This document shows positions 9,886 to 19,423 of a DNA stretch of 64,000 nt, one piece after another. This stretch comes from Candidatus Aenigmatarchaeota archaeon (GTDB lineage: Archaea; Aenigmatarchaeota; Aenigmatarchaeia; GW2011-AR5), in assembly GCA_016187335.1 (NCBI GenBank), contig JACPJW010000001.1:320001-384000 (forward strand). The letters run 5' to 3'. The notes below the pieces were generated by a model. The model was not told the DNA's origin and did no database searches. It was given only the letters and a program-made list of their open reading frames with translations. The translations under genes and the position numbers were made by a program. The first letter of the stretch is position 1, and every line of letters begins with the position of its first letter.

Positions 9886-10794
9886 TTAATCTTTAACGTA
9901 TGTTCTCCAGTAATCTACTGAAGCTTTTATGCTGTCAAGGAATGTGCTTTCCCACGGCTCCCTTCCGGGGGCGTTTATTTCCAGCGCAAGCATGACATCG
10001 GCTGCCGCGGCTTCTTTCAATGCAGCAAGGATTTTTTCCGGCCTCACGATGCCGTCTTTGTTGTAATCCGCGGTGAAAGGAAAAGGCCCTCCTTTTGCCC
10101 CGTACGTCTGTTTTATGTGCATGACAGGGGTTTCTTTTCCGAATGCCCTTATCCATGCATAAGGGTTTATGTCATCAGCATTCCCGGAAGTTTTCAGCCC
10201 GTGGTCAACGTCCAGGCACATTTTCATCGGGATTGACGTAACCTTGTTCAATGCCTTGTGTATTCTTTCCGCCTCTTTTATTGTTTCTCCCTGCTCCCTC
10301 GGGATGCTCATTGGTTCCCATGTCAGGTACTTAAGGCCAGCGGCTTTTGCATGGTCGGAGATTTCAGCCCATCCGCGCAGGGTTTCCTTAAAAACAAATT
10401 CTCTTCTTTTCGGGTCCTTTATATCCCTGACTGAAAAAATTCCCAGATGGCTTCCCGTGCTTTCGGCGCCCAACTCGGCCGATATCTCCGCGAACTTCTT
10501 GAACCATCCGACCCAGTATTTCCTCGTATCTTCGTCTGGGTGGGCAAGGTGGTTCAGCTGCGTATACGCGTCGGTGAATGTGTGCTGTATCCTGATCCCG
10601 TGTTCTTCTGATGCATTCCTTATTTTTTTTGTCTGGCTCAAAATTATTTTTTCCGGCAAGGAGGGGTTGAGCAGCGTTGCCGTCAGCTGGACATACCTAA
10701 GCCCTAAAAATTCCCCGGCTATCCTTGTCCATTCCTCGGGTTCAGGGTACCGGTTGGCAGCAAAGCCGGTGTTTATTCCCAGGCGCGCTTTCAT
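9886..10794 (-). CDS. eryC: TIM-barrel sugar-phosphate epimerase, D-erythrulose-1-phosphate 3-epimerase (EryC)-like
   Basis: LNHLAHPD, WFKKF, WEPMSIPREQGET, DVDHG, PYAW, HIKQ, PFTADYN match the EryC sequence as I recall it. Confidence 0.7.
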   Translation of the reverse strand: MKARLGINTGFAANRYPEPEEWTRIAGEFLGLRYVQLTATLLNPSLPEKIILSQTKKIRNASEEHGIRIQHTFTDAYTQLNHLAHPDEDTRKYWVGWFKKFAEISAELGAESTGSHLGIFSVRDIKDPKRREFVFKETLRGWAEISDHAKAAGLKYLTWEPMSIPREQGETIKEAERIHKALNKVTSIPMKMCLDVDHGLKTSGNADDINPYAWIRAFGKETPVMHIKQTYGAKGGPFPFTADYNKDGIVRPEKILAALKEAAAADVMLALEINAPGREPWESTFLDSIKASVDYWRTYVKD

Positions 10795-10914
10795 AAAGAG
10801 CTATCTGAACGCAATCGTTAAAAGTGTTTAGAAAGCATCCCTAAAACTTCGTATGGATTCATTTTTCTAAAGAATATTGTGACTGATTTAAAGTTTGTTT
10901 CTTGTAATTTTTGT

Positions 10915-11601
10915 ATGCTCTCCGTAATCGTGCCGTGCTACAATGAGGAGCGGAATCTGCCGCTTCTTGCGGAGCGGTTCAGCAAGGCGCTGAAGGGCAT
11001 CAGTGCAGAGCTTGTCCTTGTCAACAACGGATCCACGGACGATTCGCAGCTGGTTATTGGCAGGCTGATGAAAAAATACAGCTTCGTGAAATGCGTAAGA
11101 ATAAAGAAAAATATAGGATACGGCCACGGCATCATAATGGGCCTTAAGCATGCCAGAGGCAGAGTTCTGGCCTACACGCATGCGGACATGCAGTGCGACC
11201 CGTTTGACGTAAGGAAGGCTTATCAGATATTTCAGCAAAGCAAAAGCAGCAAGGTGCTTGTCAAGGGCAACAGGAAAGGCAGGTTTTCTATCCTCACTGC
11301 AGGCTTCCACACGCTTGCTGCGCTGCTTTTCTTGAAGAAATACGATGATGTCAACGGCCAGCCAAAACTGTTTCACAGGGACCTGATGAAAACATTCAGG
11401 CAGCCGCCTCTGGGCTTTCAGCTTGATTTCTATGTCCAGCACAAGGCGCTTGACAGCGGCTGCGCCATAGTAAGCTTTCCCGTGAAATTCGGCGTCAGGA
11501 AATACGGCTATTCTAAATGGGCGGCGACGCTGCCGTCAAAAGCAAGGAACATCTCAAGATTTCTTGGTTACATGATAAAAATCAGGATATTTGGGAAATA
11601 A
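10915..11601 (+). CDS. GT2 glycosyltransferase (polyprenyl-phosphate sugar synthase-like)
   Basis: IVPCYNEE, NNGSTD, NIGYGHGI, HADMQ. Start at MLSVIV. Confidence 0.85.
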   Translation: MLSVIVPCYNEERNLPLLAERFSKALKGISAELVLVNNGSTDDSQLVIGRLMKKYSFVKCVRIKKNIGYGHGIIMGLKHARGRVLAYTHADMQCDPFDVRKAYQIFQQSKSSKVLVKGNRKGRFSILTAGFHTLAALLFLKKYDDVNGQPKLFHRDLMKTFRQPPLGFQLDFYVQHKALDSGCAIVSFPVKFGVRKYGYSKWAATLPSKARNISRFLGYMIKIRIFGK

Positions 11602-11604
11602 AAT

Positions 11605-12126
11605 TCACGGGCTTTTTAATGAAAATTTTTTTATTACCGTCCATTTCTTTTCCTTTTCGTTGTTGAAAACAAAAAATATCCGCCTGGCTTCGAATGATTC
11701 ATGAAAGTTTCTTCCTGTTTTCTTTATTATTTCTTCTTTTGTTGCCCTGCTGAAATCGCCGTAAATAAGGCTCATGTGCGGAAGATAACCGTGATTTTCG
11801 GGCAAATCAAAAACCTCTCTGGATTTTTCATAGGCATCCATGTATTCGGGCGTTTTTTTGACGGCGATAAACAGTGACCTGAAAAATTCGTCAAGGTAGC
11901 GTACACGGCCCAAATGGACTGTAAAAGGCTTCAGCGTTTTCGAGAGTTTTTCCGCCTTTCTGGTTAATTCTTTCTCGCTGCCGGCAATTCCTCCTGCTAA
12001 AGTGACATGCGGCCTGAACGTCGGTGAGCTGTATTTTTTGCTTAGGCTGGAAATTATTTTGGAAAGTTTCTCCTTTGTCCTTCCTGCAGGCATTAACCAG
12101 ACAGAATAAGAGAGTTCTTTTCTCAT
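11605..12126 (-). CDS. 2H phosphoesterase / cyclic phosphodiesterase
   Basis: YSVWLMP and two HxT/S motifs (PHVTL, PHMSL). Confidence 0.85.
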   Translation of the reverse strand: MRKELSYSVWLMPAGRTKEKLSKIISSLSKKYSSPTFRPHVTLAGGIAGSEKELTRKAEKLSKTLKPFTVHLGRVRYLDEFFRSLFIAVKKTPEYMDAYEKSREVFDLPENHGYLPHMSLIYGDFSRATKEEIIKKTGRNFHESFEARRIFFVFNNEKEKKWTVIKKFSLKSP

Positions 12127-12130
12127 ATAA

Positions 12131-12454
12131 TCACTGCACGGCAAAGGTTATTCCGAGAATTATGAAAACCACTGAAGCTACTTTCCACCTGTTAATTTTT
12201 TCGCCCAGAAATTTCCATGACAGCAGCATGACCCATATGTATGTAAGCGATGTTATAGGAAACAGCAGAGACAGTTCTTCTTTCTGCAGTGCCAGTATCA
12301 TGAGCACGGTCCCAAGAACAAACAGTATGCCGCCTGCGATGAACTGCGGGCTAAGCAGTTTTTGCTGCTTTGCCGCGAGCTTGAAAAATAGCATGCCGAC
12401 AGCGGCGGCTATAGTGGAGGAAGCAGCAAGCAGGACAGCGGCAGGATCAGCCAT
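12131..12454 (-). CDS. Small EamA/SMR (ArnE/ArnF-like) membrane protein
   Basis: 4 TM segments; ELSLLFPITSLTYIWVMLLSWKFLGEKI. Confidence 0.85.
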   Translation of the reverse strand: MADPAAVLLAASSTIAAAVGMLFFKLAAKQQKLLSPQFIAGGILFVLGTVLMILALQKEELSLLFPITSLTYIWVMLLSWKFLGEKINRWKVASVVFIILGITFAVQ

Positions 12455-12794
12455 TCTTGGCACCTCTTCCGGCCAGTGATACGCCGGCCATTATCAGAAT
12501 GATGCCGAACCAGTTAAGCAGCGTTACCGTTTCTTTCAGCAGCATCGATGAAGCCAGAAACACCCATACAAAGCTCAGTGACCATATGGGGTAGAGCACT
12601 GAAAGCTGGCCGTCCCGCAGGGCGTGAAGAAAAAGAAGCGCTGCGATGCCGTAAGCGAGAAATCCTGCTATGACGATAACGTTGACGGGAAAAGGCCCTA
12701 TGTAAAAGCCCTGCGCATTCGCGCCGAGCTTGAACGATAATTGTGCCACAGCTGTGAAAAGTGTTGCAGTCACGACTAAGGCTTCATTTTTCAT
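12447..12794 (-). CDS. Small EamA/SMR (ArnE/ArnF-like) membrane protein
   Basis: QLSVLYPIWSLSFVWVFLAS..LLKETV; ATGA overlap with the rfbB stop. Confidence 0.85.
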   Translation of the reverse strand: MKNEALVVTATLFTAVAQLSFKLGANAQGFYIGPFPVNVIVIAGFLAYGIAALLFLHALRDGQLSVLYPIWSLSFVWVFLASSMLLKETVTLLNWFGIILIMAGVSLAGRGAKNG

Positions 12795-13726
12795 TGCCAA
12801 AACCACGTGTTATTTGCATACCATTCGATTGTCTTTTTCAAGCCCTGCTCAAAGCTGTGCTTTGGCTTCCACCCCAGTTTCTTTATTTTTGCTATATCCA
12901 AAGCGTACCTGAAATCATGGCCCGGCCTGTCCGGAACAAAATGTATAAGTGTCTCAGGCTTTTGCAGTATTCTTAGTATTGTCTTCACGACATCCGTGTT
13001 TTTTTTCTCGTTTCCGCCGCCTATGTTGTAAACTTCCCCTGATTTTCCATTTTGGATGACTTTGAGAATTGCTGAGCAGTTGTCTTCTACAAACAGCCAG
13101 TCCCTTATGTTCGTGCCCTTTCCATAAACAGGCAGCGGCCTGTTTTTCATCGCGTTCGTGATCATCTTGGGTATCAGCTTTTCAGGATTCTGGTAAGGCC
13201 CGTAATTATTGGAGCTTCTTGTAACAACTGCGTCAATGCCGTAAGTATTTGCATAAGAAAGTGCCAGATGCTCGGCAGCCGCCTTCGTTGCAGAGTAAGG
13301 GTTTCCGGGGCTGAGAGGATCCGATTCTTTGAAGAATCCTGAATCGGAAGAGCCGTAAACCTCGTCCGTGGATATGTGGATAAATTTTTCCGTGTTGTTT
13401 TTTCTTGCAGCTTCCAGGAGCATGTATGTCCCGAAAACGTTTGTTCGTATGAACGGCTCCGGGTCTTCGATTGACCTGTCTACGTGCGTTTCTGCCGCGA
13501 AATTTACGACTATATCGCATCCTTTCATGGATTTTTCGGCGTCGCTCCTGTTTGCTATGTCGCCTTTCGTGAAATTTATTTTGTTTTTGACGCCCTCAAG
13601 GCTCTTCATGTTTCCGGCGTACGTAAGCTTGTCAAGAACAGCCACGTCGTGGCCTTCGCTGACAAGGAAATGGACGAAATTGCACCCTATGAAGCCGGCT
13701 CCTCCGGTAACGAGCACACTAGACAT
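12791..13726 (-). CDS. rfbB: dTDP-glucose 4,6-dehydratase
   Basis: TGGAGFIG, DKLTYAGN, AAETHVDRSI, STDEVYG, YSATK, DRPGHDFRY. Confidence 0.95.
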   Translation of the reverse strand: MSSVLVTGGAGFIGCNFVHFLVSEGHDVAVLDKLTYAGNMKSLEGVKNKINFTKGDIANRSDAEKSMKGCDIVVNFAAETHVDRSIEDPEPFIRTNVFGTYMLLEAARKNNTEKFIHISTDEVYGSSDSGFFKESDPLSPGNPYSATKAAAEHLALSYANTYGIDAVVTRSSNNYGPYQNPEKLIPKMITNAMKNRPLPVYGKGTNIRDWLFVEDNCSAILKVIQNGKSGEVYNIGGGNEKKNTDVVKTILRILQKPETLIHFVPDRPGHDFRYALDIAKIKKLGWKPKHSFEQGLKKTIEWYANNTWFWQ

Positions 13727-14174
13727 AGTTTGAAACACCATACCCTATGATAATCCCGATGGCGGCGCCAGCAATTACATCGGCATAATAATGCCTTTTC
13801 AGGTAAATTCGTGAATAAGCGACTGCCAGTGACAAAATAGCCAGTATAACTGAAGTTGCGATGTTATTGAAAACAGGTATCAGCACGGAAGATATAAAAA
13901 ATATCCTCATCGTATGCACGCTTGGAAATGACGAAGCCTCTATTTTTTCTATTATGTTTTTATGTCTCATTTTTTCAGGTCTGTTCTTGAAAAGGACAAT
14001 TTTTATCGGCACAGAAATGAAATACATTATTATCTGTCCGGCAGCAAGCTTGTAGGCAAGTGGGTTCTGATTGAATGCGACAAGAACGGCTATAAGCACC
14101 GCAAGATGATAGACCGTGCCGAAGGCAGTGATGTCCTGCATGAATGAATTCAGGTAAAATTTTTTCAGGTTCAT
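13719..14174 (-). CDS. PAP2 family phosphatase (lipid carrier pyrophosphate phosphatase-like)
   Basis: KxxxxxxRP, SFPSVH and SRIYLKRHY motifs. Confidence 0.88.
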   Translation of the reverse strand: MNLKKFYLNSFMQDITAFGTVYHLAVLIAVLVAFNQNPLAYKLAAGQIIMYFISVPIKIVLFKNRPEKMRHKNIIEKIEASSFPSVHTMRIFFISSVLIPVFNNIATSVILAILSLAVAYSRIYLKRHYYADVIAGAAIGIIIGYGVSNYV

Positions 14175-14695
14175 TTTATCTTCCTCAAAACGAACTGGAT
14201 CTCCTGGATGCCCCCGAACTTGTACAAAAGAAACCTCTCGCTGAACCAGTGGTTTATGTTCAGGATTTTATTCCAGAAACGGCAGAACGGCTTGAATAAT
14301 ATTTTCCCTTTTCTGAAGTTATCCGGGTCGTCCCACACAAGCCTTGCCGATACGGGCTCAAAAAAATCCTTTGTATCCGTCAGAACGGACCATATGCTAA
14401 AGCCTTTTTCATGAACGTGGACGCCATAGCTGCGGGAAAAATGCGGGACATTGAGGCGGAAAATCCCGCCTTTCTTGAGAATTCTGCCTGTCTCTTTCAT
14501 GGCTCTGCTCGGGTCTTTCAAATGCTCAATAACGTGGTTCATGAATACTTCTTCCGCGCTGCTGTTCCTGAATGGCCACGGATATTTGTTGAGGTCTGCA
14601 TTCCTGTCTATCTTTGCTCCGGGGCATTCCGAAAGGTTGTCAACGTTCACGTAGCCCTTGAGATAAGCGTACCCGCACCCTAAATGTAGCTTCAT
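14171..14695 (-). CDS. Class I SAM-dependent methyltransferase (type 11)
   Basis: LHLGCG, DLNKYPWPF, HVIEHL, LKKGG. Confidence 0.85.
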   Translation of the reverse strand: MKLHLGCGYAYLKGYVNVDNLSECPGAKIDRNADLNKYPWPFRNSSAEEVFMNHVIEHLKDPSRAMKETGRILKKGGIFRLNVPHFSRSYGVHVHEKGFSIWSVLTDTKDFFEPVSARLVWDDPDNFRKGKILFKPFCRFWNKILNINHWFSERFLLYKFGGIQEIQFVLRKIK

Positions 14696-14710
14696 ATTTA
14701 CCAAATCGCT

Positions 14711-15442
14711 TTATTCAAGCCCTTTCTTGAACCTGCTCAGTTTCAGGTTGGCCTCGAACAATTCGTCAATAGTTCCCGCATCAAGCCAGTGGCCGTCTAT
14801 AACTGAAGCCTTGAGCGCTCCTTTCTTCAGGAAATAGCTGTTGAGCTCTGTTATCTCTGTTTCACCCCTTGCAGAAGGCTTGAGATGCCTGATAACTTCG
14901 AACACCGAGGGGGCGTACATGTTAACGCCTATGGATATCATCGTTGTGGGCGGGTTTTCGGGTTTTTCTATGAGCTGCACAACCCTGTCGCCGTCAAGCA
15001 CTGCCACGCCGGATTTCCTCGCCTGTTCTACGGTGCCTTTGTAAAGAAGAATCCTTGCCTCTTCGTCGCCCTTTTCAAACTCGTCCACGAATTTTTTGAT
15101 AGGATGCGTCAATATATTGTCGCCGTTTATTGCTACGAATTTGTCGCCATCCACAAAATCCTCGGCTATGCCGATAGCTGAAGGGATTCCTGAAGCCTCG
15201 TCCTGCAGCTTGTACGTGAAATTGACCCCAAGATCCTTCCCGGAACCCAGCAGCGAAAAAACGGCACCGCCGTGATGCGGGCTTGTTATGACAAGTATGT
15301 CCTTTATGCCGGCTGATTTCAACGCCTCTATCGGATAGAAAATCATGGGCATGTCAAAAACAGGCAGTAAGTGCTTGTTTGTTACCTTTGTCAGCGGCAT
15401 AAGCCTTTTTGCAGTGCCTCCCGCAAGTATTACCCCTTTCAT
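14711..15442 (-). CDS. rfbA: Glucose-1-phosphate thymidylyltransferase (short form)
   Basis: GVILAGG..RLMPLT..NKHLLPV, IEKP, SARGETEIT, WLDAGT. Confidence 0.9.
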   Translation of the reverse strand: MKGVILAGGTAKRLMPLTKVTNKHLLPVFDMPMIFYPIEALKSAGIKDILVITSPHHGGAVFSLLGSGKDLGVNFTYKLQDEASGIPSAIGIAEDFVDGDKFVAINGDNILTHPIKKFVDEFEKGDEEARILLYKGTVEQARKSGVAVLDGDRVVQLIEKPENPPTTMISIGVNMYAPSVFEVIRHLKPSARGETEITELNSYFLKKGALKASVIDGHWLDAGTIDELFEANLKLSRFKKGLE

Positions 15443-15511
15443 GCCAAAAGGTTACAGCGAAAACTTTTAATTCATACTTAATTCTTAAGCTTGTTTTTAC
15501 TAACTACACTC

Positions 15512-16204
15512 ATGATTTCGCTGATAGTTCCTTCTTTCAACGAGCAGGATTATATCGAAACCGCCATAAGGAAAATAACCGGATTTATGAAAGGATATGA
15601 CTACGAGCTCATCGTCGTTGAGGAGAGCACCGACAGGACGCCGGAAATCGTTGAAAGGCTGTCAGCGAGAAACAAAAGGATAAAACACATGCATTTTGAC
15701 GTTCGCCTTGGGAAGGGCGGGGCCATAGAAAAGGGCGTTGAAGCAGCCAGAGGCGAATATGTGGTTTTCATGGATGCTGACTTGTCCACGGACCTTTCTT
15801 CAATAAAGCTTATTGTTGAAAACCTGCCAAAATATGACGTTGTCGTCGGGTCCAGGTATCACCCGCTCTCCAGGTCCGACAGGACGGTTTTGCGGCTGCT
15901 GCTGAGCAAGGCGTATTCTGTATGCGTGCGTGCGCTTCTGGGGCTGTTCAGGCCGAACGACCTGCAGTGCGGCATGAAAGGCTTCAAGCGAAGCAAAGCC
16001 ATGAAAATTATTCCATTAAGAAACAGGGGGTTTTTCTGGGACACCGAATTCATCTTTTATGCAAAAAGGCTTGGCTTCAGCATAGGCGAAGTGCCTGTGG
16101 TATGGGTCGAGAAGAAGGTCAGGGGCAGCGGCTCGGGAAAATTAAAGAACATTATATATATGGGAAAGTCCCTGGTAAAGCTGTTTATCAGGAATTTATG
16201 GTAA
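15512..16204 (+). CDS. GT2 dolichyl-phosphate hexosyltransferase-like
   Basis: IVPSFNE, GKGGA, FMDADLS, GSRY, DLQCGMK, WDTE. Confidence 0.88.
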   Translation: MISLIVPSFNEQDYIETAIRKITGFMKGYDYELIVVEESTDRTPEIVERLSARNKRIKHMHFDVRLGKGGAIEKGVEAARGEYVVFMDADLSTDLSSIKLIVENLPKYDVVVGSRYHPLSRSDRTVLRLLLSKAYSVCVRALLGLFRPNDLQCGMKGFKRSKAMKIIPLRNRGFFWDTEFIFYAKRLGFSIGEVPVVWVEKKVRGSGSGKLKNIIYMGKSLVKLFIRNLW

Positions 16205-16218
16205 GAATCAGATGAAAT

Positions 16219-17151
16219 TCAGGCGATATTGTTTCTCCAGTAGTCCAGCGTGTCCTGCAGGGTTTTTTCCAGGGGTATCTCAGGCTTCCATCCCAGGCTG
16301 CGCAGCTTCGTGTTGTCGCCGATGAATATGGGGTCGTCGGCGGGGCGGAATTTTGCTTTGTCCGTGATAACTTTTATTTTCGCTGTGCTCAGTGACGTCA
16401 TCTTTTCTAAAATTTCTTTCATTTTATGGCCTTTGCCGCTGCAGATGTTGTAAGCGTCTCCCCACCTGCCCTTTTTTGTGAGCGTCCAGATAGCTTTTAC
16501 GGAGTCCCTGACGTCAGTAAAATCCACTACGGGTTCGAGGTTTCCCACTCCCAGCTCTTTTCTGGTGCCTGCCTCTATTTCTGCAATTCCTTTCGCCCAG
16601 TCGGCTACGGCTGAGCCGGTCTTTCTCGGGCCTATTGTGTTGAAGAACCGCAGCCGGAGGATTTTCATTCCGTAGCTCCGCCAGTAAAGAAACCCAAGCA
16701 TATCAGTGGCTGCCTTGCTCACTGCGTAAGGGGATGACGGCCTGAATTCTTTCGTTTCTTTTATGGGTATTTCTTCCGGATGGCTGAGCCCGTAGGCAGC
16801 CGAGCTTGAAGCAATGCAAACCACAGCGCCGCTTTCTTTCAGCGCTTCCAGCAGGTGGTGAGTCCCGATTACGTTTATTTCATAGGTTTTCTCGGGGTCT
16901 TGCCATGACGGTATCACAAAGCTCTGGGCGGCCATATGAAATACGTAGTCCGGCTCTGTTTTTTTTACGAGATTTTCTATGTCGTTTTTGTCTGAAAAAT
17001 CGCACGCCGTTATTTTTATTTTTTTCTCGCTTTGCCTCAGGTTGTCCTTGTTTTTGTGAACGGTTGCGCAAACTTCCGCTCCTTCCTCTACGAGGAAATC
17101 TGTGATATATGAGCCTATAAATCCGCCGGCGCCTGTAACTAATGCCTTCAT
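16219..17151 (-). CDS. NDP-sugar dehydratase/reductase (GDP-mannose 4,6-dehydratase/Rmd-like SDR)
   Basis: TGAGGFIG, HMAAQS, SPYAVSK, RFFNTIGP, DFTDVRD, RPAD. Start at MKALV. Confidence 0.9.
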   Translation of the reverse strand: MKALVTGAGGFIGSYITDFLVEEGAEVCATVHKNKDNLRQSEKKIKITACDFSDKNDIENLVKKTEPDYVFHMAAQSFVIPSWQDPEKTYEINVIGTHHLLEALKESGAVVCIASSSAAYGLSHPEEIPIKETKEFRPSSPYAVSKAATDMLGFLYWRSYGMKILRLRFFNTIGPRKTGSAVADWAKGIAEIEAGTRKELGVGNLEPVVDFTDVRDSVKAIWTLTKKGRWGDAYNICSGKGHKMKEILEKMTSLSTAKIKVITDKAKFRPADDPIFIGDNTKLRSLGWKPEIPLEKTLQDTLDYWRNNIA

Positions 17152-17212
17152 AATTTTCAGAAAAGCATTATAGTGAAACATTAAAAAACTTGTTTGGACG
17201 ATTAATACAGCT

Positions 17213-17938
17213 ATGATTAGGAATACTGATTTGCTGAGGAGGGCCGGGAAGATAGAAGGCATGCTTACGGACAGGGAAATGCTTCTCCTCCGCAGCCTTG
17301 CGAAAAACGGGCCCGGAAAAGGGGCGATTGTCGAGATAGGAAGCTACAAGGGGAAGTCCACAGCATGCCTTGCCCTCGGGACGAAGGAAGCAAAAAGAGA
17401 GAAAGTGTTTGCGGTGGACTGGCATAAGGGATGGAAAAACGCGGTAAAGGGCGGGACATTCGGCGAGTTTTCAGAAAACATGAAAAAACTGGGCGTTGAA
17501 GATTACGTCATGCCTGTTGTAATGAAGTCCGAGGATGCGGCAGTGATATGGAGGAAAAAAAATGCGCCAATAAGGCTTCTTTGGATAGACGGGTCTCATG
17601 ATTACAAGGATGTCAGGAAAGATTTTGTCCTGTGGAACAGGTTTCTTGTGGAAGGCGGTATTGTGGCCTTTCACGATTCTTTCTGGGAGGGGCCTTACAG
17701 GGTTGTAAACGAATATCTGCTTAAATCCGGAAGGTTTTCCTGCGCGGGAATGGTGGATTACATAGCATTTGCCGTTAAGTCAAAGGCTGACGCCAAAGAA
17801 AGGAACAGGAACAGGAGAATGCTTTTGCTGCGTTCGCTGCTGAAGTACCCCATGAGAGCCGAGCATCTTCACCCCGCGTTCATAAACAGGATTATTAAAA
17901 ACAGGCTTCTCAGCGGCTTCAGGTCAGAAAAGTTTTAG
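17213..17938 (+). CDS. Class I SAM methyltransferase (Methyltransf_24-like)
   Basis: VEIGSYKGKS, WIDGSH, GGIVAFHD. Confidence 0.88.
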   Translation: MIRNTDLLRRAGKIEGMLTDREMLLLRSLAKNGPGKGAIVEIGSYKGKSTACLALGTKEAKREKVFAVDWHKGWKNAVKGGTFGEFSENMKKLGVEDYVMPVVMKSEDAAVIWRKKNAPIRLLWIDGSHDYKDVRKDFVLWNRFLVEGGIVAFHDSFWEGPYRVVNEYLLKSGRFSCAGMVDYIAFAVKSKADAKERNRNRRMLLLRSLLKYPMRAEHLHPAFINRIIKNRLLSGFRSEKF

Positions 17939-19423
17939 CAGAAATTCCGGGACGGGTATCCCGGATTTTTTAAGGATGAGCAGCTCGTCTTTTTTCACCG
18001 TTTTCGTCAGGTACAGGGACGCCAGGTACACAACGGATCCCAGGAACAGCGCAATTACTGCTTCATGCCACGGGTCTGCTGAAACAAGATGCTTTGTGAA
18101 AGTTATTGCGGCAAAAGCGGCTGCGCCGCAGAAAAACGCCTTCACAATATCATGAGCATAAACATCCACAAGCGACATTTTTTTCAGGTAGCTTACGGCT
18201 AGAACAGTACCTATGAAATATGATACGAGGGTGGCAACCGCCGCTCCTGTTATTCCGACCGACGGTATCAGCAGGAGGTTGATCAGTATATTTGCGGCGC
18301 TTAGGGTTAGCACAATCCTCATGTTCTCTCTTGTTTTGCCGATTCCTATGATTGATATCGAGGTTACGGAAAAAACAGTGTAAAATATGGAATTAATAGC
18401 CAGTATTTGCAGCGCTGTTGACGCCCCCGCATACTTGGAGCCGAAAAGCATGGTTATTATAACTTCCGGAAATGCCACGATTGTTATAACAAAGGGTATC
18501 GCTACTATGAATGAAAATTTCAGCATAAGGCTCAATATTCGTGATATCGTGGCCGCGTCGCCTTTTGCCCAGAGTTCCGAAACTATCGGGAGTATGACAA
18601 TGGATACGGACCCCAGTAAAACCCATAATATCTGGGAGGTCGGCAGTGCAACTTGGTACAATCCCACGTCGGACACGGACAGAAAGGCTGTTATCATTAT
18701 CGTGTCTGCATAGCCGAGAAAAACGCCTCCTATGTTTGAAAAAAACAGCGGCTTCCCGAAATCGACTATCTCTTTTGTCAGTTTCCTGTCAAAATGCCCC
18801 TTCACGGAAAAAAACGGGAATGACTTCAGGATCATCAGGAACAGGATTATCGTCAGGGCTATTGTGCTGAACAAATAGCTGTATGAAACGCCCAGCAGCC
18901 CCATTGGAAGAAGAACTACGGCAAAAGCCAGTGTGATTATGTTTCTGAAAGGCTCTACTAAAGAATAAAGCTCTATTTTTCCCAGTCCCTGAAGAACGTA
19001 TTGAAGGGACACGAAAACCCCGAAAATAAAGGAAACCAGTATCGGGAATATTATAGTTTCAGCCTTGGCTGACTTGAAGAACGCCGAGGCAAGATAAGGC
19101 GATAAAACGAAAAATACGGAGGAAAAAATTAATGCCAGAAAAAGCTGCATCGCAATGACGGAATAAATCACCGACTTTATCGATTCGCTGTCATTTTTAG
19201 CCCTGAACTGCGCGATGAATCTTGTCATGGCTGAGGAAAACCCTATGTCCTTGAAGACGACAAGGAATCCAACAGCCGACAAAACTGCGTACAGCAGCCC
19301 GAAATCTTCCACGCTCAGGTTCCTTGCCAGATAAACCCTCAGGAGCGTGCTGAAGAAGCCGCCGATGAAATACATCGTGAATATCCAGAAGCTTCCCTTT
19401 ATGATTCTTTCGGCGTAATTCAT
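17924..19423 (-). CDS. Wzx/MOP-family flippase
   Basis: About 14 TM segments; LARNLSVEDFG, DTIMI..FL, NLLLIP..GITGAAVAT. Confidence 0.9.
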   Translation of the reverse strand: MNYAERIIKGSFWIFTMYFIGGFFSTLLRVYLARNLSVEDFGLLYAVLSAVGFLVVFKDIGFSSAMTRFIAQFRAKNDSESIKSVIYSVIAMQLFLALIFSSVFFVLSPYLASAFFKSAKAETIIFPILVSFIFGVFVSLQYVLQGLGKIELYSLVEPFRNIITLAFAVVLLPMGLLGVSYSYLFSTIALTIILFLMILKSFPFFSVKGHFDRKLTKEIVDFGKPLFFSNIGGVFLGYADTIMITAFLSVSDVGLYQVALPTSQILWVLLGSVSIVILPIVSELWAKGDAATISRILSLMLKFSFIVAIPFVITIVAFPEVIITMLFGSKYAGASTALQILAINSIFYTVFSVTSISIIGIGKTRENMRIVLTLSAANILINLLLIPSVGITGAAVATLVSYFIGTVLAVSYLKKMSLVDVYAHDIVKAFFCGAAAFAAITFTKHLVSADPWHEAVIALFLGSVVYLASLYLTKTVKKDELLILKKSGIPVPEFLLKLF

